A DNA stretch of 64,000 nt, taken from positions 3,685-67,684 of IMG/VR virus record IMGVR_UViG_2531839420_000002, one strand, 5' to 3'. Origin of the DNA: a virus. Of this stretch, positions 17,959 to 27,105 are shown in pieces. A program made the position numbers and the translations under genes. Below the pieces are notes generated by a model. The model saw nothing but the letters and a program-made list of their open reading frames with translations. It had not been told where the DNA came from and made no database searches. Position 1 is the stretch's first letter. Every line of letters begins with the position of its first letter.

Positions 17959-18263
17959 AGCTCGAACCGGGTCAGCTTGATCTTGCCGTTCGGGCCTTCG
18001 CACATCGCGTCATAGGTAGCCTTCTGATCGACAATCTTCCCCATTAGAATTATCGAGACCGAGGTCAGCCCTTCTGTTTCAACCGAGCTGGCCCAGAGCG
18101 TTTCGGTTGCCTTGAACGCCTTCGGTGCCCGATCGAGCGCCAGCAGCAGACACTTCGTTTGCAACATCTTCGCCTCGTCAGGCGGGATGTTGCGCGACTT
18201 TAGTTCGGCCAGAGCCGGGGTGCTCAACACCAGCAGAGCGGCTATCAGCAGCGATCCTCTCAC
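17952..18263 (-). CDS. Small exported protein (moron)
   Basis: Signal peptide MRGSLLIAALLVLSTPALA; RBS AAGGAGG; Cys pair. Confidence 0.7.
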   Translation of the reverse strand: MRGSLLIAALLVLSTPALAELKSRNIPPDEAKMLQTKCLLLALDRAPKAFKATETLWASSVETEGLTSVSIILMGKIVDQKATYDAMCEGPNGKIKLTRFELQ

Positions 18264-18285
18264 GTTTCCTCCTTAAAACAGTCAA

Positions 18286-18990
18286 TCACCACCTAATCTT
18301 GAACCATCGAGAAATTCTCGGGTAACGACAACTATAGCGCAGATCAATGACGTTCGTTTCGGACGAACCGCGTAAAGCCCGCTTGGCTATCGCAGCGTCT
18401 ATTTTTTTGACCCACTTCGGCGAAAAATTGCTGCCACGATAGGTCCCGTCGCACAAGCGCCGAAGATAGCGAGGCATGATGAACACTGGTCTGTGACGTC
18501 GCTCTTGTCTTACTCCAAGCGTCCTGATCCTGCGCCTACCGGCGCTGGCGTAGCTCCAGGCAAATAGCGAAGGCTCAGGCCCTTCATCGTCATCCATGTC
18601 TGGTTCGTCAAAGCCAGGCACCGGCGTCCCGACAGTGTCGCGCCAAAGCTGACGAGCATCAGCCCAGAACACGTCAGGTGCTCTGCCGGCGTCGGACTCG
18701 TAAAGCAGTAGCCATCGCGCCAAGGCAAATTCTGGGTTCGTCATGGCAAGCGTCACCATGCCGACGCCATTATCTTCCCAGCCGCATTCGGTGCGCAGCT
18801 CTTCGGGCCACATGTGCTGATACCATTCTCGCATGAGCTGGCGCCCAGCCCATGACAGTCTCTCGCTCACCCCCAGTTCGATGGCTATTTTCTGCCAGCG
18901 ATCCCAGGGATAGTCGCCGGCTACGTAGGTCGCTTCAGAGACAGATCGCAGTTTCTCGATGTCAACTTGATCAAGGATCTTTTCGACCAT
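18286..18990 (-). CDS. Hypothetical protein (Trp-rich)
   Basis: 234-aa ORF with RBS; the 3' part may be extended or chimeric. Confidence 0.55.
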   Translation of the reverse strand: MVEKILDQVDIEKLRSVSEATYVAGDYPWDRWQKIAIELGVSERLSWAGRQLMREWYQHMWPEELRTECGWEDNGVGMVTLAMTNPEFALARWLLLYESDAGRAPDVFWADARQLWRDTVGTPVPGFDEPDMDDDEGPEPSLFAWSYASAGRRRIRTLGVRQERRHRPVFIMPRYLRRLCDGTYRGSNFSPKWVKKIDAAIAKRALRGSSETNVIDLRYSCRYPRISRWFKIRW

Positions 18991-19128
18991 TCAGACCACC
19001 CTTGATTATGCGGAACTGACGGCGGCGCTCCAGCGCCTTGACGTGGCGCACCTGACGCTCGAGATCCACGTCGCTGTCGGCTGATAGACTCTCGATCAAA
19101 GCCTCGATCTCAGCCGCTTCCTTTTCGG

Positions 19129-19362
19129 TCATAACTTTGGTCCTCCGAACTTCTCAACATAGGCGGCGTAGGCCCGACGCAGCAGCTCGACCTGCGAGAT
19201 GCGATGCTGGGCAGCCAGCACGGTGAACTCATATTGGAAATCGGGATCGACCTTGAAGTTCAGATCCTTCCACTTCCCCGCTGGCTTCTCGACGTTGTTC
19301 AGCGTCTCGGTTGGCGCTGGCGGGGCCTCCCCCAGACTCTTCTTTCTCCCGAAATTGGCCAC
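19129..19362 (-). CDS. Small partition partner, ParG-like ribbon-helix-helix centromere-binding protein
   Basis: Directly after parA; flexible N-terminus then DLNFKVDPDFQYEF..AA..ELL (beta-strand, helix, helix). Confidence 0.7.
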   Translation of the reverse strand: MANFGRKKSLGEAPPAPTETLNNVEKPAGKWKDLNFKVDPDFQYEFTVLAAQHRISQVELLRRAYAAYVEKFGGPKL

Positions 19363-19363
19363 C

Positions 19364-20002
19364 TCAATCCTCCTGCAACGCAGCCAGCTTATCGGCGATG
19401 GCCTGGGCTACCTCGTCGGCGCGCTGGTTCAACGAGGCGTGCTTCGTCTCGGTGACGGCCCGCCCGCTGTCCTGAGCATCCGCATAGCCGGCGCGATCAG
19501 CAAGATCCCCGCGCAGGCACTCGTAGCCGGCCTGGGCGATATAGTCCCTGGTGGTCGCCAGTCGGGCCTCGGAACTTTTCGTGCGGCAGAGCACGAAGGC
19601 GATCCGTTGACCTACGACGCCGGCCTTCACCAGCTCGTGCGCCAGCAGCACTGTCGGCTTGAGATCGTCCAGGGTGTCGCCGGTGGGCAGAAGCACAAGA
19701 TCAGCCAGCTTGGCGGCCTCCTTGGTATCGGCATCGCTGTGAGGCTTGCCGTCGATCACCACCGCTTCATAGGCGGCCACCGGCGCTCGATCGAGCCGTG
19801 CCACGGGTTGAGCGTCAATTGTCGGCTCCTGAGCCGCGGCGTTGCGCCGACGAACCCATTCGGTCGAGGACATTTGCTTCTGATCGAGATCGGCAATCAA
19901 AGTCTTGAAGCCGTTGGCAGCCAACTCTCGGGCTACCAGGCGGGTGATCGTGGATTTGCCGACGCCACCCTTTTGACTGACGCAGGCGATGATGGTAGCC
20001 AT
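19364..20002 (-). CDS. parA: ParA family partition ATPase (short type Ib / ParF-like)
   Basis: Deviant Walker A SQKGGVGKST; DLDQKQ; VVIDG; 212 aa with no N-terminal HTH. Confidence 0.93.
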   Translation of the reverse strand: MATIIACVSQKGGVGKSTITRLVARELAANGFKTLIADLDQKQMSSTEWVRRRNAAAQEPTIDAQPVARLDRAPVAAYEAVVIDGKPHSDADTKEAAKLADLVLLPTGDTLDDLKPTVLLAHELVKAGVVGQRIAFVLCRTKSSEARLATTRDYIAQAGYECLRGDLADRAGYADAQDSGRAVTETKHASLNQRADEVAQAIADKLAALQED

Positions 20003-20196
20003 GGCCTTCTCCGTTCGCTAATTCGCTACGATGCGAATTCTCGAACAGCCTACATCGGACACCATCAAAAGGAAAGGGCGCCTCCTGGCGCCCCGTCCGG
20101 CCTGCTCGCCCAAGCCTTTTTGCTTCAATACTCGCCCGAAGGCGCAATCTCGCGCTTGCGAGAACCCAGATACCTTCTCACAACCAATCTGACACG

Positions 20197-20637
20197 TCAA
20201 TCTCTCGGGACCGGAGCCATCTTCACGCCCTTCAGACCGCGTGTGAAGAATTTATGGAAGGCATAGTCGTGCGCCACCACGCGCCGACCGATCTTGCCCA
20301 GGTTCGAGAGCTTGATGTCGGTCATGAAGCTGGGGAGCTGGGTCGGCAACTTGGTGATCGGCTCGGTGCGCTCCTGGATGAGCACCGAGCCCGAATGGCT
20401 GATCCAGCGACAGGGGGCAAGAAACTTCTCCCACTCAGTGCCGCGCAACTCGTTCCAGACCTCCCATTCGCAGACGTTGCAAAACTGCCGACTGTCGCGG
20501 ATCTCGATCTTCATCACCAGACGCGGGTTGATGGCGAGTTCGTAAACGTCGCGGTAGCAGCCGCTCCCCAGCTTGTCGCCGAGGAGCAGATCGTTGAATT
20601 CATGCTGAACGGTTTCGGGAAGTTTCACAGAGGTCAT
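20197..20637 (-). CDS. Minimal protein-kinase-fold protein
   Basis: Gly loop LGSGCYRDV; VMK; helix-C E; catalytic DIKLSN; DYA in place of DFG. Confidence 0.7.
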   Translation of the reverse strand: MTSVKLPETVQHEFNDLLLGDKLGSGCYRDVYELAINPRLVMKIEIRDSRQFCNVCEWEVWNELRGTEWEKFLAPCRWISHSGSVLIQERTEPITKLPTQLPSFMTDIKLSNLGKIGRRVVAHDYAFHKFFTRGLKGVKMAPVPRD

Positions 20638-20918
20638 GATTGGATCGGCCTGAAGTCGCTATGGTCGAATAGACGCTCGAAGTCGAGCACGCTCTCCAGC
20701 TCGACTTCGGGCTCGCCACTGAGCGCGGTCACATCGCGCATGTAGATTTCGTGATACGCTCGATCCTCAATATCCATGCCGACCGGCGGGCCGTAGGGCA
20801 CGGCGACACGAACCTTGCCACAGCCGTCGTTGTAGATCGGCATCTGGCCAACACGCTCGCCGGCGAAGCGGATAAAGGTCTGCTTGATGAGGCTTGTGGT
20901 GGTGCACCGGATCATCAC
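20634..20918 (-). CDS. Hypothetical protein
   Basis: ATGA overlaps at both ends. Confidence 0.55.
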   Translation of the reverse strand: MMIRCTTTSLIKQTFIRFAGERVGQMPIYNDGCGKVRVAVPYGPPVGMDIEDRAYHEIYMRDVTALSGEPEVELESVLDFERLFDHSDFRPIQS

Positions 20919-21493
20919 AGCACCCGGGGGATGAAGGTGGTGACGATCCGGCGCAACTCCCGACGCCAGTGCTCGACCTGTTCAGGGGGAACGACCAGTG
21001 GCGCCGGGTTGACGATGCTGTAATCCACCAAGCCGGCGTCGTAGCGATCGAAGGCATAGGGGCTGGGCTGCACGCCCGAACGCACCACCTCGACCACCAC
21101 GCCGCCGGCCCGCTTGTAGGCGAGCCCCTGCGTCTTCCGAACACTCGGGAAGACGAACAAGTCAGTGTCCGAGCGCAGCTCACGCATCTTCTTAACCTGA
21201 CGCAGTGCCATCTCAGGAACCACCTGCTCACCATAGCGATCCTCGAGCATCTGGCCCAGATCGCCGAGGAGCTGACGCACTTGCACCTTCTGACCGCAAA
21301 CCTCGACGAAGCTCGCCTTCCCCTCCTGGGTGGAGACGTGCCACTCGGTCAGGCCATAGAGAACGATGCCGGCGTCCCGAAGCGCCCTGCCATCGTCAAC
21401 GGTGATTGCGCCGAATTCCTCCTCGAGGATCTGGGCCACCTCCGACTTGCCCGACTTGGGCCAGCCGCAGAGGGCGATGTAAGGGATCGTCAT
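20915..21493 (-). CDS. Deoxynucleoside monophosphate kinase-like P-loop kinase
   Basis: IALCGWPKSGKSEVA; R.LLG.LG..E; SVR; GGVVVEVVR fits the phage dNMP kinase pattern. Confidence 0.75.
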   Translation of the reverse strand: MTIPYIALCGWPKSGKSEVAQILEEEFGAITVDDGRALRDAGIVLYGLTEWHVSTQEGKASFVEVCGQKVQVRQLLGDLGQMLEDRYGEQVVPEMALRQVKKMRELRSDTDLFVFPSVRKTQGLAYKRAGGVVVEVVRSGVQPSPYAFDRYDAGLVDYSIVNPAPLVVPPEQVEHWRRELRRIVTTFIPRVL

Positions 21494-21534
21494 GTCTATC
21501 TCTCGCTTGATGCGACGTTAAATCAACCTTGACT

Positions 21535-21846
21535 TTATTTTTCATCGCTGTCAAGAGGCTCCGCGTCGAGCGCGAAACGCTCCGTGAAACGCTGATACAA
21601 TTCATCAAGCGCGCCTTCGCCCTCGGGGGTAAAAGCCCAGGTCAGCATGATGGCCCAGCCGCGACTGCTGTTTGACCCCTCCGTTTGCTCGGACGCTAAC
21701 ATGCAGGAGACCTCACCCGTTTCCGTAATCAACACCGCGGAGTCGCGCGGACCAAGCACGACCAGGGTTGTGCCCAGCTTAGAATAGATGACCGACAGGG
21801 TGTTGGTGATCAGCTCGACGAGCCAGCGCTTCATGTGGCACCTCAA
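21535..21846 (-). CDS. Hypothetical protein
   Basis: Coupled ORF in the leftward operon. Confidence 0.5.
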   Translation of the reverse strand: MRCHMKRWLVELITNTLSVIYSKLGTTLVVLGPRDSAVLITETGEVSCMLASEQTEGSNSSRGWAIMLTWAFTPEGEGALDELYQRFTERFALDAEPLDSDEK

Positions 21847-22037
21847 TGGAGAACGCGAGCCGGCGCCGCCGGGACGCCGGCATTAATCATCTGCTGGCGT
21901 CGCAGCGCCCTCGCCAGGGTTTCGACCTGCGACCGCAATTTGGCATTCTCGCTTTCCAGCGCCAAGCGCCGGGCCACGGGCTCGCCATCATAGTCGTGCA
22001 GGTGTGCCAACAGGCACGTCTCGCAGGTCTTCTTCAT
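21843..22037 (-). CDS. Small protein with CxxC and coiled coil
   Basis: CETC..LESENAKLRSQVETL. Confidence 0.55.
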   Translation of the reverse strand: MKKTCETCLLAHLHDYDGEPVARRLALESENAKLRSQVETLARALRRQQMINAGVPAAPARVLH

Positions 22038-22040
22038 GAT

Positions 22041-22370
22041 CTACCCCTGCAATGCCTTGATCAGCTCAGCCTTCTGCTCGGGAGTCATGTCGCCGATGAG
22101 TTTCTTGATGGCCGACATCTTCGCCTTGCCCTTGCGCGGGCTGATGAACGGTTCAGCCAACCTTTCGAGATGCGGAAAGGTGTCATCGTTGAGATAATGC
22201 TCGGCAAGCAGACAAACGACCCGGTTCTGATCCACACCAAGACGCTTGGTCGCCGCCTGCAACTTCTCGCTCGCTTCAAGCGTGAGTCCCATAGAGGTCT
22301 TGCGAGGGTAGTCATTAACAGCCATTGCATATCTTTCACAAGATGGTTCTTCTGTCCCCATTATACACAC
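22041..22370 (-). CDS. Small putative DNA-binding (RHH-like) protein; start uncertain
   Basis: SMGLTLEASEKLQAATKRLGVDQNRVVCLL resembles a strand-helix-helix fold. Confidence 0.5.
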   Translation of the reverse strand: MCIMGTEEPSCERYAMAVNDYPRKTSMGLTLEASEKLQAATKRLGVDQNRVVCLLAEHYLNDDTFPHLERLAEPFISPRKGKAKMSAIKKLIGDMTPEQKAELIKALQG

Positions 22371-22382
22371 GCCATGCAGAGA

Positions 22383-23924
22383 TCAAGCGGCTTTCTTTCG
22401 AGCCTCAAAGCCCAAACCCTCGAAATCGAAATCGACCGAACGCGGGAGAATGTTTTCGACGAAGCCCGGCGTGTCCTCCACGATCGCCCGCCGAGTGAGC
22501 GCGTGCTTCTTCAAGTGGCTATTGTGCTCATCCGAGAAGTCCACGATGAAAGCGACGTTGGGGCCAAACTTTTTAGCGCGCAAGCCGCGACCAATGCGCT
22601 GACGCAGAGCAATCTCAGCCTTGCCGCCGCCGGCGAGGATCACCATGCCGACCGCAGGCACGTCTACGCCCACGTCAAGAATGGTCGAGCCGATCACCAC
22701 GTCGATCCGCCCGTCGCCCAGCTTCTTCAGCGTGGTCCGACGCTTGTCCCGATCGGACTCACCGAAGATGAACTCCACTCGAAGGCCGGCGGCGATCAGT
22801 CGGTCCTTCAGCAGCCGGCCGTGATCCTTCCGACCAACCAGGATCATCACCGGGAGCCCATAGCTCGCGGCCCGCACCGCCTCGAACACGATGTCGGCGT
22901 TGCGATGCTGGTTCTCGATGATCCCGAGATTGACAGCGCGCTGGTAGGAGCTGCCGCGCTTTAGCTTCTCCGGGCACTTCGAAGAGACATACTTGAAGAA
23001 CGGCTTGGCCAGAATGCCGCGCTCGATCAGCATCTTCTCGGTGATCTTGATCCCGATTGACCCGATGCAGGCCATCAAGCGCGCATTTGACTCTTCGTCC
23101 TGGCGCATGAACGGCGTCGCGGTCAGCGCAAGACGGTAGTAGGCGTTCTTGCAATGTCGAGCGACCTGATAGAACGAGTCCGAGCCTACCTCGTGGGCCT
23201 CCTCGAGGATCAAGAACTCGAAATACTCAAGGAACTTAATGGTTTTGGCACGAACAGCCGCCTGCCGAGCCTGTTTCTCCGGCGGATCGAAGGGGTCAGG
23301 CTCTTTCAGCTTGGCCGCCAAGGTCTGCACCATGCCGCAGTTGACGCCCTTCTTCGGCTCCCACTGGCTGTCGCCCAGGATGCCAGGCACGAAGCCGGCC
23401 TCCCTGAAGCCGTCGGCCATCTGATACATCAGCACCGACCTGGTGGTCAGGAACAGGGTTGGTCGCCGAATGCGCGCCACGGCGAGCTTGGCGATCTTCG
23501 ACTTGCCGCCGCCGGTGGCCACCTGAGCAACCATCTGCCCCAGCTTCAACAGTCGGCGCACCGTCTCCATCTGGTAGTCGTAGCGCGGATCGTCGTTGCC
23601 GAACCCATCAACAATCGGGTTCTCGGGACCGAGAGGGGCGGGCAGGGGCTTTTTCACCAACTGAACACGATGCCCGAGCCTGATCAGCTCAGAATGGACC
23701 TTGTGAAAAAAGCCAGCGGGGAAGGTCCCCGATCGCATGTCGAAGAAGCTCGACCGACCGTCCCAGCCTTTCGACTTATAGGCATCGGTGTATTCGTAAC
23801 CGTCAACCTTATAAGACAGAAGCTCCGAGATACAGAGCTTCACATCCCTGTCGGCGTTGAACAGTTTCGCCACAATGGCGTTGGCTGCGATCTGAATAAC
23901 GGCCACGTCCTTTTCCCTTGCCAT
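22383..23924 (-). CDS. Superfamily 2 DEAD/H-like helicase (UvsW/ResIII-like)
   Basis: YDYQ Q-motif; VATGGGKS; LEEAHE; LALTATP; TILDVGVDVP; QRIGRGLR. Confidence 0.92.
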   Translation of the reverse strand: MAREKDVAVIQIAANAIVAKLFNADRDVKLCISELLSYKVDGYEYTDAYKSKGWDGRSSFFDMRSGTFPAGFFHKVHSELIRLGHRVQLVKKPLPAPLGPENPIVDGFGNDDPRYDYQMETVRRLLKLGQMVAQVATGGGKSKIAKLAVARIRRPTLFLTTRSVLMYQMADGFREAGFVPGILGDSQWEPKKGVNCGMVQTLAAKLKEPDPFDPPEKQARQAAVRAKTIKFLEYFEFLILEEAHEVGSDSFYQVARHCKNAYYRLALTATPFMRQDEESNARLMACIGSIGIKITEKMLIERGILAKPFFKYVSSKCPEKLKRGSSYQRAVNLGIIENQHRNADIVFEAVRAASYGLPVMILVGRKDHGRLLKDRLIAAGLRVEFIFGESDRDKRRTTLKKLGDGRIDVVIGSTILDVGVDVPAVGMVILAGGGKAEIALRQRIGRGLRAKKFGPNVAFIVDFSDEHNSHLKKHALTRRAIVEDTPGFVENILPRSVDFDFEGLGFEARKKAA

Positions 23925-23965
23925 TCGCGAATAGGCGAATTAGAGTTTAAGTCAGCGTTGACTTA

Positions 23966-24613
23966 ATGGCAATACCTATGAAACAGCTTGATCTCGACCC
24001 CCGGCTGTTGAAGCCGAACCCCTGGAACACCAACATCATGTCGCCCGACAATGAGGCGAAACTGGACGAGTCGATCCGTCGGTTCGGCATGTTCAAGCCC
24101 GTGGTCGTTCGCGAGCTGCCCGATGGCTCCCTGGAGATCCTCGGTGGCGAACACCGCAACGAAGCGGCTATTCGTCTGCGCCTGCCGACCATTCCGGTTG
24201 TCAACCTCGGCCCGATCGACGATCACAAGGCCAAGGAGATCGGGTTGGTGGACAACGGACGCTACGGCGCAGACGACACGCTGGCCCTGGCAGACTTGCT
24301 GTCCGAACTTGGATCGGCCGAGGATCTCGCGGAATTCCTTCCCTACAGTGACACCGAGCTGTCCGCGATCTTCTCCAGTTCCAGTATAGTGTTGGACGAT
24401 CTCGAAACTTTCGGCGAAGAAGAAGATCCGACGAAAGAACCTTCCTTGAAGATGCCGAAGACTCACACTATTCAGCGCTTCAAGGTTCCGCTTGAAGACG
24501 CCGAACGAATTTCAGAACTGATCGAGAAGACCATGCGTGAACAGGGTTTTACCGAGAGCGACGCTCTCACAAACGCCGGGGACGCTTTGGTGTTCCTTCT
24601 GCGCAATTCGTAA
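23966..24613 (+). CDS. ParB N-terminal (ParB/Srx) domain protein
   Basis: LKPNPWNTN..LDESIRRFG..PVVVR..ILGGEHR..AA. Confidence 0.85.
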   Translation: MAIPMKQLDLDPRLLKPNPWNTNIMSPDNEAKLDESIRRFGMFKPVVVRELPDGSLEILGGEHRNEAAIRLRLPTIPVVNLGPIDDHKAKEIGLVDNGRYGADDTLALADLLSELGSAEDLAEFLPYSDTELSAIFSSSSIVLDDLETFGEEEDPTKEPSLKMPKTHTIQRFKVPLEDAERISELIEKTMREQGFTESDALTNAGDALVFLLRNS

Positions 24614-24628
24614 AGTCAGGGTTGACTG

Positions 24629-24796
24629 ATGTCAAAGGTTCGTGACGAGAAGTTCACCGGCTGCGCGGACTGCCAGAACTTCCGGGTCAAGTCCGCGATC
24701 TGCCGCCGGTGCGCCTGCGGCGAAGAATTCGAGCCGCGCGATACCCGCGGTTCGATTGACGAAGAGCTTACCTGGGGAGGCGACTATGACGAGTAG
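24629..24796 (+). CDS. Small Cys-rich (Zn-binding) protein, 55 aa, not in ORF track
   Basis: Translated by hand: MSKVRDEKFTGCADCQNFRVKSAICRRCACGEEFEP.. Confidence 0.6.
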   Translation: MSKVRDEKFTGCADCQNFRVKSAICRRCACGEEFEPRDTRGSIDEELTWGGDYDE

Positions 24797-25460
24797 AGCA
24801 GAGCACAAGCTGGCACCCCAGATTTGGGAAATCGACCGGCTGACCCCCTACGAGCGCAACGCTAAGAAGCACTCGGATGAGCAGGTCGAGACGCTGGCCA
24901 AAGCAATCCAGAGCCTCGGGTGGACCGCACCGATCGTGGTGGACAAGAACGGCGTGATTATCGCCGGTCACGGCCGCCGGCTGGCAGCTCTCAAGCTGGG
25001 TTTGAAGAAGGTTCCGGTGCTGGTCCGTGACGACCTCACCGACGACCAGGTGATCGCTTTGCGCCTCGCCGACAACAAGGTCAGCAGCACCGACTACGAC
25101 ACCAATCTCCTTCAGCTCGACCTGTCGGATCTGCATCTCGCCGACTTCGATCTGTCGGCGATCGGGTTCAACGAGAAGGAGTTGTCCTTCCTGATCGAAG
25201 ACCTCGCCGAAATGAACGGGGAGGCCCTGGTCGAAGACATCACCGAGGCGATCGAGACCCAGAAGGCCGAGCACGAGAAAGCGTTCAAGGCGACAGACGA
25301 GCGGCCGATCCCTCTGGCGCAAGCGTTCGGGTTCAAGCACGTCCCCGGCGCCAAAGAGAGCGTCATTGCCCGCTTCATGGCCCAGCTCGAAGCCGAGACC
25401 GGCCTGAAGGGCGCCGACGCCCTGCTGCACTTCGTCGAGGGTCTTCAGGAGGCGGCCTGA
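24786..25460 (+). CDS. Second ParB N-terminal (ParB/Srx) domain protein
   Basis: LTPYERNAKKH..Q..LAKAI..GW..PIVVD..IIAGHGRRLAA..LADNK. Confidence 0.88.
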   Translation: MTSRAEHKLAPQIWEIDRLTPYERNAKKHSDEQVETLAKAIQSLGWTAPIVVDKNGVIIAGHGRRLAALKLGLKKVPVLVRDDLTDDQVIALRLADNKVSSTDYDTNLLQLDLSDLHLADFDLSAIGFNEKELSFLIEDLAEMNGEALVEDITEAIETQKAEHEKAFKATDERPIPLAQAFGFKHVPGAKESVIARFMAQLEAETGLKGADALLHFVEGLQEAA

Positions 25461-25897
25461 TGGGAAGCTCGGGCGGCCGCGATTGGCCAACAATCCTACG
25501 TCGGAGACTCGCCGGTCTGCCGGACGAAGAAGGTGACGAAGCGGCCGAAATCGGCCCGATGATCATCGACTTTCGCGACCGTCTGATCAAGCCGGCCGAA
25601 GCGTTCGTATCGGCGTCGATCGAAGACGGCGCCGGAACGCCCGACGCGGAAACCGTCGAAATCCTCGAGGAGCTGCTGGAGCGCGCGAAGTCCGGCGAGG
25701 TGGTCGGCGTTTTGACGGTGGTCATGGAAAAGACCGCCGTCGGCAACCGCTATGACTGGTTCCGCACTCCCAGCATGGATAGCGATCGCCACGCAGTCAT
25801 TGGTCAACTCGAGGTCCTCAAGACATGGCTCGCCGAGGAGGCTCTTGATGAAGTCCTCGGCATCAACGACGAGTTCGCCGAGGAGGGCGAAGAATGA
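25460..25897 (+). CDS. Hypothetical protein
   Basis: TGATG coupling; acidic. Confidence 0.6.
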   Translation: MGSSGGRDWPTILRRRLAGLPDEEGDEAAEIGPMIIDFRDRLIKPAEAFVSASIEDGAGTPDAETVEILEELLERAKSGEVVGVLTVVMEKTAVGNRYDWFRTPSMDSDRHAVIGQLEVLKTWLAEEALDEVLGINDEFAEEGEE

Positions 25898-26574
25898 CCA
25901 AGTATGTGATCAATAAGGCTTTTTCATCCTCGGTCCAGCGCACTGATCGCGTGCTGGAAGTGGGCGAAGCGTTCGGGATCGGTCTCTCTGATCGCCAGTT
26001 TGTGATCTACGACAACCTCGAGATCGAGGTGCGACCGGGCGATGTCGTCTACATCACCGGGCAGTCGGGGTCGGGTAAGTCGCTTCTACTGCGCGAGCTT
26101 CAGGCGGCGATGAAAGCCGACGGGCTCAATGTGCGCAACATCGACGAGGTGGAGCTGAAGGAGGAGCCCCTGGTTGACCAGGTGGGCACCAACATGACCG
26201 AAGCGCTCCAGACCCTTTCCAAGGCCGGCATCAACGACGCCTATCTGGTGATCCGCACGCCGTCGGAGTTGTCCGATGGACAACGCTACCGTCTGCGGCT
26301 GGCCAAGCTGATCGAGTCCAATGCCGAGGTCTGGGTAGCCGACGAATTCGGCGCCGTGCTGGATCGCGTCACCGCCAAGGTGGTCGCCTTCAACATGCAG
26401 AAGCTCGCCCGCCAACTCGGCAAGACCCTGATTGTGGCAACCACCCATACCGACCTTGACGAGGAGCTTGGGCCGAACTTGGTGATCACCAAGCGGTTCC
26501 ACGATCGGGTGGACATTCGGGCTTCCGAGTCCGACGCCGGACTGTGCCCAATCTGCGGCGAGGAGAAGCAGTGA
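25894..26574 (+). CDS. Soluble ABC-type ATPase (GNAT-associated phage type)
   Basis: Walker A GQSGSGKS; signature LSDGQRYR; Walker B WVADEF; H-loop ATTH; no cognate permease. Confidence 0.9.
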   Translation: MTKYVINKAFSSSVQRTDRVLEVGEAFGIGLSDRQFVIYDNLEIEVRPGDVVYITGQSGSGKSLLLRELQAAMKADGLNVRNIDEVELKEEPLVDQVGTNMTEALQTLSKAGINDAYLVIRTPSELSDGQRYRLRLAKLIESNAEVWVADEFGAVLDRVTAKVVAFNMQKLARQLGKTLIVATTHTDLDEELGPNLVITKRFHDRVDIRASESDAGLCPICGEEKQ

Positions 26575-26648
26575 TGAACATCGCACTCTTCCTCGCCGCA
26601 ATCGTCATGGCCGTAACATGGTGGTTCTTGCCGCACGGTGACTTCTGA
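26574..26648 (+). CDS. Putative 24-aa membrane peptide
   Basis: TGATG overlaps at both ends; MNIALFLAAIVMAVTWWFLPHGDF. Confidence 0.4.
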   Translation: MNIALFLAAIVMAVTWWFLPHGDF

Positions 26649-26932
26649 TGGACCAGATATTCACCTACGGGATGCTCTGGCTGACCAGCTTCGTCAGCGT
26701 CTTCCTGTTGGGCAGCCAGAGCAAGAACGTCCAGCACAGCCGTTATTTGGCAGCCGCGATCACCAGTTTCGGTATTGCCGGCACCCAGCTCTGCTTTGTT
26801 CGGATCTCGGTCATCGGCGATCCGCTGACGACGCTGCTCGTCTCGGGCTCGGCCGGCTCGCTGGGCATCTGTGCCGCCATCTTCATTTTCGACTTCATGC
26901 GCCGGCGCCACGCCGGCAAGGAGACCGCATGA
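26648..26932 (+). CDS. Small multi-pass membrane protein
   Basis: About three hydrophobic segments in 94 aa. Confidence 0.6.
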   Translation: MDQIFTYGMLWLTSFVSVFLLGSQSKNVQHSRYLAAAITSFGIAGTQLCFVRISVIGDPLTTLLVSGSAGSLGICAAIFIFDFMRRRHAGKETA

Positions 26933-27105
26933 GAACCTCGATTTTTTCGCCCCCTGGGGGCGGGAAGGGGAAGGGGGCACTCCTGATGCCCCCGATTGCG
27001 ATTGCGCTGTTCCTGGGCGCGTTTTCGGGCTTCTGTCGGGGCGTCTTCCTTGAACGCATGACACCGGCCGAGCGCATCTTTTGGGATCGGGGGGCGTGGT
27101 CGTGA
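26929..27105 (+). CDS. Small hydrophobic hypothetical protein
   Basis: ATGA/GTGA overlaps chain it between its neighbours. Confidence 0.4.
   Translation: MRTSIFSPPGGGKGKGALLMPPIAIALFLGAFSGFCRGVFLERMTPAERIFWDRGAWS

Noticed and set aside
25894-26932. ABC ATPase plus small membrane ORF as a transporter
   Set aside because: No substrate-binding protein or 5-6 TM permease is present; the N-terminal extension and GNAT neighbour fit the soluble phage ABC-GNAT type better
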